Below, piece by piece: positions 23,400-36,800 of a DNA stretch of 64,000 nucleotides. The stretch is from positions 99,014,001 to 99,078,000 of the forward strand of contig NC_092347.1 in the NCBI RefSeq assembly GCF_963676685.1, in the 5' to 3' direction. The stretch comes from Mytilus edulis (Eukaryota). The translations under genes and the position numbers were made by a program. The notes beneath the pieces were generated by a model. The model made no database searches, was not told the origin of the DNA, and was given only the letters and a program-made list of their open reading frames with translations. Numbering within the stretch: the stretch's first letter is position 1; every line of letters begins with the position of its first letter.

Positions 23400-26060
23400 A
23401 TAAAGGCAACAGTAGTATACCGCTGTTCAAAACTCATAAATCGATGGACAAAACACAAAATCGGGATAACAAACTAAAACTGAGGGAAACGCATTAAATA
23501 TAAGAGGAGAACAACGACACAACATTTAAATTTATTTCATATCGTTTAAGAATAAGCGTATCTTATTGGATAAAAAGGGGCAACATGACATTCTTTATTC
23601 TTCAGTAATAAATTCCACCGGTCATTAACAGAACGAAACGGACCGGAAAACCGGTCGTTAACAGATTTTTAAATGATAATGACCGGTGGGGCGTGGTTTC
23701 TCTGTTTGAGTGACGTCCCGTAATAAAAAAAAAACAATTGCGAATCAGACGGTCTGCAGTTTACAGTTAGGAAAATGGAAGACACGTCTGTTAGTGCAGC
23801 CAACTCTAATGACCGTTTTGCTACTTATAAAATCATAGTAAACTTTATTTTGTATTTCATATACTAAAGTGACTTATAGTTATTTAAAACTATGACTGGT
23901 CTTCACTCTTTCCAATAGAAATCGTACATTATCAAGAGGTTACCACCAACAATTTGAACTTACGAATTCTTTTTAAAACATGGTTTCTCAATGAAATAAA
24001 CATAATAGTTAGTGAAAAACTGGTCATTATCGTGATATGTGGACTGCCCGTAGGACAGTGGTATTGACCGCGCTGTCTCAGTCAATACCACTGTGCTGTG
24101 GGCAGTCCATATATTACGATAATAACCAGTTTTTCAATAACTATTATGTAAGTAACACACACAGAAACGGACTAAGCTTCAGACAAAATCCTATGAGAAT
24201 AAAAAATGTAACATCAGAACCAAATACATGAATTTGGGATAGATAAGTACCGTAACACGTCTTATTGTAATGTGAATTTACACTAAAAAATAAGAGAAAA
24301 CAAACGACACAACGTTAAATGTAACACACACAGAAACGAGCTATAATATAACAATGGTCATATTCCTGACTTGGTACAGGACATTTTTAAAGGAAAAAAT
24401 GGTGGGTTGAACCTGGTTTTGTGGCATGCCAAACCTCCCTCTTTTATAGCCATGTGAAATATAACATTAAAATGACAACACAACATTACAGGACTATAAT
24501 ATAAATAAATTAGAGAACACAATTAACAAAGAAACACACGAATAATAGCTTACAAAAGGCAACAAGTTTAAAATTTCAATAAGCCAGAAGTGCATTTTGT
24601 CCACACAAGACTTACTAGTGACGCCCAGATACAAAAGTTTGAAAGCCGAAACAAGTACAAAGTTGAATAGCATCGAGGACCAAACGATCATACTTTTGCA
24701 AACAGTAAATTTTATAATGACTATACAAAAGATGTACATGATAAAACTGAAGTATTAACTATTTACAGGAAACAACTGAAATACATTACATAACCAGACA
24801 ATTGCAACACAAAAAGTAGAAACATCCGAATAAGTTTAAACCTCAACGCCAAGTGACGTCATATTTGAAATTATAAAAAATGACAAAAAATGATGACGTC
24901 ACATTTGAATTTGTAAAACAGATCATCAAAAAAATGAAAAATGACGTCACATTTGAATGAATAAGATAAAATTAGGATTGATTTAAGATTATATTTAAAC
25001 TAAATACTGATATTGCATTTAATAACAATGCATATTTTAATACTTATTAATAGCAAACTAAGGTAGCAATTAACTATACTATTAAGCTATGTCCGGTTTG
25101 TTTTGAATCTAACTTCAAACGTAAAACATCGTACTGATTACGTTGAACAAAATCAAATCTAATAAATGAAGGCGGTGATTAATTTTCTTTACCATAACAC
25201 AGGAGTATAATAGAAAAGACGTCAACACATTTGGCAAAATCCGATGAGAATTACAAATATAACATTAAACATTTAAACTAAATACATGAATTTGGGATAG
25301 ATAAGTACCGTAACACGTCTTATAGTAATGCGAATTCACACTCAGCAAAACAGTCAAAATCGGGAAGAAGTCACGGTTGGTAATTAAAAGATAAGACGAC
25401 ATAATGACAAACCACAATCTACCATGTGGTAAAAATGTCCTTAGCTAGTTTGGTCAAAGACACATCGTATGGATCCATCAATTCGTGATGGTGTCCATAA
25501 AATTTACGGAGTGTCAATTTTAATCTGTCCTCCTCATAACTTTGTTGGAGCAGTTTCTGCGTAAGGAGCACACTCCTGTATATGACGTCCGTATAGTGTG
25601 AACAAGCACGACAATAACGTATCAATTGTGATATGTAAACACCATACGAAGGGGCAGAGGGTATGTCACTGCTGAGAAACGGGAAATTGATAATTGGGAA
25701 GTTGAAATCGTCCCGTTTATCATAAATTTTCGTGTGAAGTCGTCAGTCTGCTTCAATATTGAGGAAAAGATCAAGGTATGAAGCAGTCCTACTAGTATCA
25801 GTAGTATCCTTAATTTCAAGTGCACTGGGATATATGAGATGTAAGAATTGGCTGAAATATGGGTTATTCAATGATAGAACATCATCAATATATCGGAAAG
25901 TAAAATTAAAGAATTTCGCAAGGTGCTTTTTCTTTTTGTCTTTTAGAAGGTTCTGAATGAATTCTGCTTCATACGAGTACAAAAACAAATCAGCCAGCAG
26001 GGGTTCACAATTAGTACCCATTGGAATACCGACTGTCTGTTGAAAGACAAACATACCAAA
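23400..26060 (-). mobile_element. Penelope-like retroelement, 5'-truncated: RT C-terminal half (26060-25419) and 3' region with decayed hammerhead
   Basis: FQQTVGIPMGTNCEPLLADLFLY, FRYIDDVLSLNN, YDKRDDFNF and YGVYISQLIRY motifs with a frameshift. No C-terminal GIY-YIG after the RT. Decayed hammerhead at 24624-24583. Interrupted by a foldback element at ~23530-24150. Confidence 0.85.
23530..24150. mobile_element. Non-autonomous DNA element with terminal ~145-bp hairpin, nested in the Penelope 3' end
   Basis: Hairpin at 24003-24147 (ATAATAGTT..CAGTGGTATTGAC / GTCAATACCACTG..AACTATTAT). It is absent from the paralogous copy at ~12600. Confidence 0.65.
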
Positions 26061-28949
26061 CAGATGGACATAACCGTCATATTTCTGACTTGGTACAGAC
26101 ATTATCTTATGTCGAAAATGGTGGATTAAATCTGTGTTTAAAGCTAGCTAAACCTCTCATTTGTATGACAGTCGCATCAAATTCCATTATATTGACAACG
26201 ATGCCTTAACAAAACAAACAGACATAATAGGTGCAAATGTCAAAAATAGGGATACAGCAGTCAGCATTGTGTTAATATCTTAATCATTATTAAAACAAAC
26301 ATGAAGGATTGAAATTACTTGGACCAAATCCTTACCCTGATAGGCACATGTTTATGTTAACATACACTCTGATGTTAAATCACGCGTTTGATGTACATCA
26401 GTAGATCAGAATGTAAACGTCACACAGGTAAAGATATAAAGTATTTTTTTCGTTTTAAATATGAACAAAAAATAGTCTATAGTTCTTTTATGCATATCCT
26501 CTGTAGAAACTAAATAAGAAGTCCCCCTTGTCCTTCTTGTCTTAGTAAATATGAAAGACAAGAATAAAATTTATCATAGAACAATTACACAATGGCGGGA
26601 TGTTAAAGTACAGAGTCACTTCATATGTATCAAAGAAACACAAATAGACACACGGACAAACACATTACCTTACAAGAAAGATACAACAAAAATTATAGAA
26701 TGATAACACAATGACAGGATTCATAAGTACCGAGCCACGTCAAATGGATAACACAAAAACAAACCAAACAGTAAAAGTAATATTGATAAAAGAGTTGTTA
26801 TCAATTGCATAATTTTTATTTTTAAGTACTCGGGGACAGGACAATAATTTTCGCGTTGATAAAGACTCTCTATATAATATAGCAGTGATCGCCTCAGGGA
26901 AGAAACTTGAAATTGATAGTTAATAGATAGTAAATACATTTTATTTATAGTATATCGTAATGTATGTTCAAAGTAGACATACACGCAAAAAATAATGGAA
27001 TTTAACAGAAAACGGACATTGGAAAAAAGGGGAGAGGGCGTACAAAAATTGTCCTGTCTTGAAGCACCTATGAATCTTAATAACACCAAATCGCGAAAAA
27101 TATGGTTTAATTAACTTTTGAAAACTAATTATTCACTTCGGCCATTGGTCTCATTGAAAATCAGTTTTTTTCTAAAATCAATAAAACCACATATTTACCG
27201 CACCAAAAGACAATAGTTGTATATTATTATAAAACCAGTTGTTGGCATGATGCGGGGTATGTTTTTCTCATACATTTTATGATGCCTAATCTTTTTTGGG
27301 AGGGATTGTTCTTGAATTTCATATGACGAAGATATAATCTTTTAATCAATTTAATTGAGGTCTAGAGCTGGCATTTCATTAACTGCTAATAGTCCTTTGT
27401 TATAAATTTATGTATCATTGTAATTTTGTTACCTACTCTGCCATCGGGCTCGGAGTTTTTTTAACTGAGTTTTACTGTGTGTATGTTATGTGTTTCTTTA
27501 TTCTACATTGACTAGAGGTATAGGGGAGGGTTGAAATCTCACAAAACATGTTAAACCCGTACACATGAAACGAAAGGATAACAACTGTTATATCTATAAG
27601 GATAATATGTAGAGTTTTCCCCACATGTAATATGCTTTTTTTCAATTGGGAAACTCAGCATCTAGCCTCATTTGTAAGAAATAATAAATCTAGTTGTCTA
27701 ACATAAATATAGGATATATTACAGTTTAGTTAACACAAACGCTTAGTATCTATACAAAAAATATGTCTTTTTGAACAAATGAATTTTAACTTCATTACAT
27801 TCCAATAGTACAAATGCTTATTTTTTGACGTCGTAAATTAACAAAATACATTTTTCTTATTTTTTATGAATGATTGTCGCTTGAACGAAACACTGAGAAC
27901 GATAAATAAGTAAAAATATTCTCACATAAGATAAGGAACACTCCAGTTTATAATAAGTATAAAACTAAAAATATCAAAAGAACACATAATTTTTTCTTTT
28001 AAAAACGCCAATTTTTTTAATAGATTTTCTGTGAAACTATTTACCTAGATTATATGCCTTTATCTACCTAATGTTACTGCCATACATATTATTTTTTGTG
28101 GGTTTTGTATTAGATTCTAACTTTAGAATTTAATTGTAGTTTATTTAATGAATGGCTATTATTTATGTTGAATTCATTGAACCATAAACTAAATTTTTGA
28201 CTCTTCACATTGAATAATCCGCAATGAGGATTATGTAAAATGTGAAGATTCAAAAATTAATTTCACGGTTCATTAATGCAAAATGAATTATTAGCTTACA
28301 GAACTTTTTATATTATTTATATTAACAATAACAACGTACACACATGTTGGCGTATAAATACACAACGTCAGAGTGGGTGTACGTGTTGCCATATAAATTG
28401 ACAACATTGAAAATAAAAGTAATAATTTTAACCACTCAGAAGACGGTAAATACACCAAATTTATTTATAATCTTTTTTTCTGAATTCTGATTTAATACAT
28501 AGATCTAACACCGAGTATATAAATAAATTAGAGGAACTTTGCCATTTTGGTTTTTCAAGTTAACAGTTTTAATTATGAAACATCTCGTTACCCTTTTTAC
28601 AAGTTAAAAGGTCAAATAAATGTCATTCAATTGAATATAATAAACCAAAGTGAAATATAAGAAAAGATATCCAAAATAAAAAATAAAATAAAGCAAAATA
28701 CCAAAATTGCAGCGGGATTTATCGTTTTAATGGTACCAAACCTTCTCCCTTTTTTGAAACAGTAGTATAACATCACAACATAGAAGGACACACTATACAA
28801 TATCAATTGGAAAGCTTAACTGAATCAAAAAAAGTAGTAACATACATTAACAGACAATGAACGAATAAATTTGATCTGTGATACAATGCAAATACATAGT
28901 TAATAAAGAATAAGGGATGAATAATTAAGGTAAAGAGTAAAACAGGGTT

Positions 28950-29180
28950 TAAACTAAGGTAAAAGTATAACACTGCTGTGAAATCTTAAATATTTTTTGA
29001 AAAAACATCAACTTTGAAGACATAATTGGTCATATTATACACAGGTAAATGAAAATAATACTTTCTCTTCTGTGAATATAATCTTCCGTTTAGGAATACC
29101 AAGACATTTTATGTATATCTATAAAACTTATCTAAAACTTGGTACATATGTGGTGAATAACAACAATAAAACTATACAAT
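28950..29180 (+). repeat. ~230-bp segment duplicated near-identically at 31976-32205
   Basis: AAACTAAGGT..CTGCTGTGAAATCTTAAA..AATAAAACTATACAAT is present at both sites. Confidence 0.85.
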
Positions 29181-29302
29181 CAGTTACGAAAAGATTTTTT
29201 CTAATGTAGTTTATGAAAGCTTAAAACCAAACTTATGATAATATGAAGAAACTGTAGACCTCATAGAAAAGAATCAGTGGTTGCATTTATTTTATGTGTA
29301 CA

Positions 29303-29695
29303 TTATAAACAGATATATCATGTTAAGGAGGGGTATTTGCAAAAAATACCAGTCGTGAGAATGTTAAATTTCGCGAGCCGTAAGGCGAGTGAAATTCATT
29401 CTAAAGACGGGTATTTTTTGCAAATACCCATCAAGAACATGCTATATCTGTTTAATTACACCGAATGTTAACTTTCAAAACGCATTGATGATCATGACGT
29501 TACAAGCGTCCAGTCGAATAGAGAATGTTTTGGCAAATACCACGGCAGAGAGGGTAAAAAAATGCATATCCTTTTGGATATACCCCGGCGGCGTTAAAAA
29601 ATGAACGATATTCATTTGATAACAGTAAATTAGTGAAAAATACACTGGCTATCAATCAATCAAAACCCAGGATTCTTACATAAGGTGTAATTATA
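29303..29695. mobile_element. Foldback non-autonomous DNA element (possibly Crypton-like)
   Basis: ~150-bp hairpin centred on GAGCCGTAAGGCGAG, plus a TAATTACACC / GGTGTAATTA inverted pair. Confidence 0.55.
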
Positions 29696-32600
29696 AAAAA
29701 ACAGCCGTCTTTCTCTTTGAATTAACTGGAATAACTTTTATTTTACAGGATATTAAGAAGAGACGAGGACACAATCAGTACATTACAACATCTGAACTTG
29801 ACTGCACTCATCCGTTGATTTTTTAATTTTTCATATAAAATTGTAGATATGATATGCAGTACTTTATATTTTTATTAATGCTGTAAATGGATTTTAAACG
29901 TTACAACAAGATATTGGTATGAACTATTGATCGTGGTTACATACAATCTGACGAAGAAGACACACAACGGCAGTAAAACAAAATTAGAAAAAAACACATA
30001 ATATAAATTTACAAAACACTTTTTTTAGAAGTGCCCTCAACTTTTACAATCAAAAATGAGAGCCAAGAATAAATAAACTATTGAAGAGCTTTATGATCAA
30101 AAAGCCAATTACCAAACATTATTTGAGGCATTTCGGACCTCAGGTTTTCTATAAAGTTATCAAAAAGCAAAATCACTTCGAGGAAAATACAAAAAGTCAA
30201 GTCTTTACTTCCTACAGGGATTATCTTGTGTAGAAAATGGTGGATTGAACCTTGCGTTTTAAATTATTATCCTGGTACCTTTGATAACTAATTAAGAATA
30301 ATTTTTAACAAAACGAATTTGACAAACAAAACCAAATCACTGAACGACAGGCTCCCGACTTAAGACAAGCTTACAGAATGTGCCTTGGCTAAACATGTAT
30401 ATGTCCTTATATAACATGGAAAAGTGGTATAACAACCCAATATCAGAACAAACATCAATTTGAAACTTGCTACAATATAAAAAAAGAAAATGTGGGATAA
30501 TTGCCCTAAAGACAACTCACCACAAGAGACAATCTAATTTTTTGAAGGCACTTATAACATTCTCCTTTTCTTGTTTTGTTTATTTTCGGCCTTTTTCAAT
30601 GTTTATTAGGGTATTGTCAGTTCAGTTTCAATTCGTGTTTACACTTAAAAAACATAAACAACTTTATATTTCATATGACTATTTTGTTGATAAATTGTGA
30701 TGTTTTGTTTTTATTTTCATTTATTGATACATTTAACATATCCTTTTATTAAATTTTGTTGATTTTTTTAAAAGTTTATTTTGAGTAATCGGTATTTATT
30801 CTGCAGTCGTTAAATTGATTTACAAGATTATATTAAACATTAACCTGTAACTAATTGTGTTAATCATTTTGTTTTGTCACTGAAGGGACTATAAATATTA
30901 AATCAAATATGTAGCAACTTTACCAGACCATAAAGGAAAATAGGTATTTAGTCGGATCTTAACACGTACTTGTGATTTGGTTAAAACCGGTTTTGTTCAA
31001 AATATACGAAGAAATGTCGAAATGTTCAGGACTTAATTAAATCCGTATTTCGGTAGGATGGTGCAAGTATACGATTTTTATTGCGTCTTACATTTTGAGA
31101 AGCGAATAATCTTCAACTACTTTATTCAAATATTGTGTAAAAACGTTAATTTTTAGCTATGAAAGTCAAGTGGCTCGAGTATTTTTCTGAGGAAGTTTTA
31201 AAAAATTGCAAAGAAATATTTTTACATTGGGTTAGCTTTAAAATTTCATTAGTCTTAACTATCTATAGATTAACAACTTTTGGTTATATTTATAATTTAG
31301 AATCATCATTAAAGGTGGGGGACGATTTCGCAGATAATTAATTATATTGATGTGCCATTTGTATGCAAGAGTGACATTTCGTTGTATTATGTGCCAATTC
31401 GAAAAAGTTATGCGAGTATTCTCTCCCCTTAACAGGTTCATTATTTTATAATTAAGTTTAGGTTTCTGATATAATTTTGAATAATTACAAAATGTATCAA
31501 TTCAATATATTTCAGTTTTTGTTATTGGTGTATCAAAAACATTGATGTACGAATATAATTTCATAAATTTGAAATGTTTAAAATGATTACATACCAATAT
31601 AAAGAACCGTTCATCATTTTTGAAAAAGACTATGAACGAAAATCGATTTATTTATCTTCCCTTGGTGACAGATTGATTGGGAAATGAACCAGCGTAATAT
31701 AATGGTAATCACAAAGAGGGACCAGCAAGCAATTTTTAATTGTAGCTTATTCAACGTTAAAACAATTTTCCAATATAAACGAATGCTACTTTATACAAAT
31801 ATAAGGACTTTGTTAGCTAAATCTACAAATTTTATTAGATATTTTGATTTTTTATTGCAATAGATTAATATGCTAAAATATGTTATTACTACTCCAAATG
31901 TACAAGGTATATAAATAATATTGATTGATTGATTGTTGGTTGCTTAACGTCCAGTGGCAAATATATATAAATAATAAACTAAGGTTAAAGTATAAAACTG
32001 CTGTGAAATCTTAAACATTTTTTAAAAAAACATCAACTTTGAAGAAATAATTCGTCATATTATACACAGGTAAATGAAAATAATACTTCGTCTTCTGTGA
32101 GTATAATCTTCCGTTTAGGAATACCAAGACATTTTATGTATATCAATAAAACTTATCTAAAACTTGGTACATATGTGGTGAATAACAACAATAAAACTAT
32201 ACAATTGGTGCTCAATAAAACTTCGTGTTCTCCGTGTACAGGTGCCGGAACAGTATTTTAGAAGACATCATTTTTCCCGTTCACCTATTATAATAGGTCT
32301 GTAGGTCAATATCAGATTGATATCAAAACACACAAAAAACAAATTATATCTCTCAAGGTATAAAGTTTTGTATTACTTTCAAAAATGCATAGCTGATGGA
32401 GTAAATATTAAAACAGTTAATGTTTATAACAAATTTTAATGAGCTATTTATATAGGAAAACGTATGTAATTTTAATCATATATCTAATGATTATATTAAA
32501 ATTTTATAATTAAATAGTTTATGGTCGAATATAAACCTTTGATACACTTTTAAACCTTCTTCTTCAAAATACCTTTAATGTGACAAAAAGCAAATAAGAT

Positions 32601-33650
32601 ACAAATTTTATAGGCTAAACGTTCAAATTTAAGATCATAGATGCCCATGCTGTAACTTGTTTGTGAATAAAACTTCTTTTTTTTTTTATATATTTATGAC
32701 AATTTATTATTCAAAACCTTGCAGCTGCTACTCATACCTTGTAAAACGTCAAAAGTGTCTTATTATTAATTTGATGAACCAGGGCTATTTATTTCAAAGA
32801 ACGTCGGAAGATACCAAAACCTGCGGACCTGTGTTTTTACATTTTGTTTCTTCCTAATTTGTCTGTACGCCTCTTTGTTTTTTCTTTGTTGATATATTTG
32901 TTTGATTTATATTGATTAAGATTAAACCATAAGTCAGGAGTATGACATTTGTAATCTATTTGTTTGATTGGTTGAGTTTCTGATTTTGCCATTTGCCGAC
33001 TGACTATCCGTTTTACACTTTCCTCGGAGTGCGGTATTTTTGTTATTTTACTTTTGACTTACGGACTTTTATGCGACTGTGATACAAAATGAGCGGCTAA
33101 GCTACACAAAAAAGCATATACCAAGTCAGGAATACGACAGTTGTTATTCATTTGTTTCTTGTTTTTAGGCTTTTGATTTTTCCATTTGATAAGGGATTCA
33201 CCGCTTTAAATTTTCCTCGGAGTTCGGTTTCAAGTTGACTTATTTTCTTTCCACATACACAACAAGTAATGTTACAACTGCATTGCGTAATGAAACAACT
33301 ACATTACATACTGTTGAAACAACATAGAGTAATGACAAAACTGAATAAAGTCAATGCAAATCCATAGCATGTTATATCGAAAAATCATTTAGTAATACTG
33401 TTACTTGAGTTATATCAAAACATCATTATGCAATGTCAAAATCCTATTATGTAAAGACGAAATATTATCAGGTAATAATAAAACAATGTAACGTTACATC
33501 ATAGTACCACATAAGTCAACTGCAAGGTTACAGCATGATCATACATTATATTTGTTAGTGATAAATACTTAAAAAGAGGCTTTCACGGTTATAGCATGGA
33601 CATCAATGATAATAAATTCAAGCGTTTATCTTATAAAAGTTTGTTACTTA

Positions 33651-34069
33651 CACAGCTACTTTTGCATAGGTACTATTTTGTACTAAAAATATGTAGTAAC
33701 GGAAATTTACTTTTAATATTTAATACTTTTTCTTTACTTTAAAATTATTGTAATATCTAGGTACTTGTATTTTACAGTACTTGATTTGTACTAAATATTT
33801 TGGTACAGAAATATTACAATATTCCATGTTTGAAAATCATAATTTTAAGAGATTTGAAATAGAAAAACTTTCAAAATGCTGAAAATGTAACGGTAGTAAC
33901 CAAAAATCTTTAGTACCTAAGTTTCAAGTACAAATCAAGTACTGTAAAATACAGGTACCTAAATATTACAATAATTTTAAAGTAACAAAATAGTACTGAA
34001 TATTAAAAGTAAATTTCCAGTACTACAGTTTTTTAGTACAGAAATAGTACCTATGCAAAAGTAGCTGTG
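33651..34069. mobile_element. MITE with long (~160 bp) TIRs and TA target duplication
   Basis: ta|CACAGCTACTTTTGCATAGGTACTAT ... ATAGTACCTATGCAAAAGTAGCTGTG|ta. An empty paralogous site lies near 59220. Confidence 0.9.
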
Positions 34070-34584
34070 TATTTGCTTTTGCTCACATTCAAGCAATTTG
34101 GAAGAAGGAGTTTTAAAAGTATACCAAATGCATATCTTTGATCATAAACTTTTTAATCAAAATATAAAAATATAATCATTAGACATATGATTTAGATTAC
34201 ATACAGTTTCTACATAAATATCTTATTAAAAACTGGTATAGAACATTAACGGTAGCATATTTTGCTGCACCATAAACGCATTTTTGAAAAATATACAAAT
34301 CTTTAAACGCTAAGAGATATGATTTGTTTTTTATTTGTTTTGATATCAATCTGACATTGACCTCATGACCTATTATAATAGGTAAACTAGAAAATAATCT
34401 TAAACGAAAATTCACAAAGTTTGTTTGGAGAAGTAAATTAGGGACTTCGGGGTGTATGTTCAGACTGTGGTGCTTTTCTACCTCAGGCATAGATCACTTT
34501 AGCTGTATTTGGCAAAACTCTTAGGGTTCTCAATGCTCTTCAACTTCGAACTTTATTTGGCCTTGTTAACTTTTCTGGATTCGA

Positions 34585-34628
34585 GCGTCACTGATGAGTC
34601 TTTTGTAGACGAAACGCGCGTCTGACGT
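34585..34628 (+). ncRNA. Minimal type I hammerhead ribozyme, fully intact
   Basis: Stem I GCGTCA/TGACGT; core CTGATGA at 34591-34597; stem II GTC-7nt-GAC; GAAA at 34611-34614; palindromic stem III ACGCGCGT; GUC cleavage site after 34622. It sits in a repeat fragment at ~34470-34670. Confidence 0.8.
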
Positions 34629-35499
34629 ATATACTAAATTTAGTCCTGGTATCTATGATGAGTTTATTTACGTTACAATGACCTACGCGCTGATTGGTTG
34701 ATAATTCATGGGGTTATTAGGACGTACAAAGTGTGCATGTCTAATAAATCAAATCATAAATTAGCCATTACACGTTGTACATTTGGTGTAGTAATTAACA
34801 TGTGTGATTGAATATCTATATTCTCTCCGGTGATAAAACTAACGTAAAGATTAACACAATTAGTTACAGGTTAATGTTTGAAATAATCTTGCAATTCAAT
34901 TTAACGACTTCTTAGAAACGGGGATATGCGAGGCACTGCTCTGTATGTTAAATTCTATGACCTTGCAATCAACAACCACTGAATTGAATAGTATTTATCG
35001 TTATAGATATCGTGTAATAAATATTATAAAAGTGCATGCAATATTTATTTAAGTACATATACATGCATTTGTTCAAAAATTTCGGTTAAAATTTAAATTT
35101 CAAGTAACTAGTTGTATATGACTTAAATGTTAACGTAGATAATTGAAATGTATTTTATTTGGAGATTATATTGTAGTGAAATAATATAAATGTTTGAGAG
35201 CCAAAAGTAGAACAAACAATCACAATGTAATAATATTGACAAATAAATTCTACCATCGTCAAAGGGCGATATAATTCCAGGCCCAAATAACTGAAATTAG
35301 AGCTTTTCAATCTTTTTATTCTCTTGTTTTATTTTAGACAAAAGTATGATTTATATAGCCCAAGGATATATATACCTATATCTTATTTTACAAAGTACAA
35401 AATGTACAATTAATTTTCTAGACTTGTATCATCTTGTTTTTTTTCTTTATTAGTCTCCCTTACGCTTTTCATACATTTAACAGTAGTTCTTGATAGGTT

Positions 35500-36800
35500 T
35501 TGTAGAACCATAAATTCAAAACAAGTATGGACTCCATTGAGGACTACGCCAGAGCATGGTCGAAACGAGTAACATTTAAACTGGATATTTTGTCAGAATG
35601 GGACAAAACAATCAGCACTCTGTTAAACGTTGATCAATAAGTTGAAAAAACTTTCTGACTGATGGATCATAGTCCGTTTTTAAATCGTACTACTACGAGT
35701 GTCTTGTTAAATAATTATGAATCATTGAGCACTCAGTTAATCCGACATATCAAAACATATCATAAGTCTTTCATCGCTTCAATGAGCATTACTTTAACAC
35801 TAAATTGGATACCTAAGCTTCATGACATTTCGTACAAACAATGGTGCATTGCCGGCTTATCTGCATATTTTACAAATAAAATTATTCGCTAGATGGACAT
35901 CAATTCTGTCCCTAGTTAGAAAGGGTCTAAATAATTACTGTACAAATGTTTACCCGCGTAGTGGTATTTACCATATATGCGGATTCTACAAAACTCTAAA
36001 GAACTTCTTGATAATTCTAAATCTCGATCTTTCTATGAAATTAGTTGCATGCAAATTTTTTGTTTGATTTTTCAACCCTGTATACCACCATTCCCAAAGT
36101 GAAATTGAAAAATCATAAAAAAGATATAGTCCACAGTGCTTTTCAACATAGAAATGGAAGAATACGCTATACAATAATGAATTTTTGATACCAATCGGCA
36201 TATTTTGTTAATAGTGAACAAAAAGGTGAAACATGCTACACTAAAGAACAAGTGATCATTATGCTAAAATTTCTTTTACAACTTATTTCCTATGGGAAAC
36301 AAACTCTGAGCTTCTTCTTGCCGACCTTTTTTATTTTCATCCTGAAAACTTCAGACTTCAGACATTTGTCAACAACAAGAGTATCAAAGAAGTCAGTCAA
36401 TATTGTTAGCAAAATTAAACAACATTACACGGTGCCGTGACATATAAATATCATAATTACAATGTTTATTATCTTGATCTTGATGCTTTGCAGATCAATT
36501 AATTTCACATTCAGATATATTGATGATGTTCTTTCCATTAACTATCCAAACTTTTCTGATTGGATTTCATTAAAATGCAAAATCACCAAAAAACTGACAA
36601 TTCAAGACGGAATGTTTCTAATAAAATGGTAAAATCAAAATCTCAAACACACCAATCGAATGAATAACAACTGTTATATTCCTGACTTGGTAAAGGCATT
36701 TTCTTATGTAGGAAATAGTAGATTTAACCTGGTTTTATAGCTTGCTTAACCTCTCACATTTATGACAGTCGCATAAATTTTCCACTATATTGACAACGAT
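35500..36800 (+). mobile_element. Highly decayed Penelope-like RT fragment with adjacent common repeat
   Basis: WIPKLH, DFSTLYTTIP and NFTFRYIDDVLSIN motifs occur in shifting frames. Confidence 0.75.

Larger units (their letters stand above)
27780..29960 (+). pseudogene. Remnant copy E of the peptide gene: upstream flank, intron 3 and terminal exon only
   Basis: 27780-28140 resembles 19330-19690; 28480-28720 resembles 21370-21580. Orphan terminal exon TTTTACAG|GA TAT TAA at 29749-29756 carries the family 3' UTR. No promoter, exon 2 or exon 3 is visible. Confidence 0.8.
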
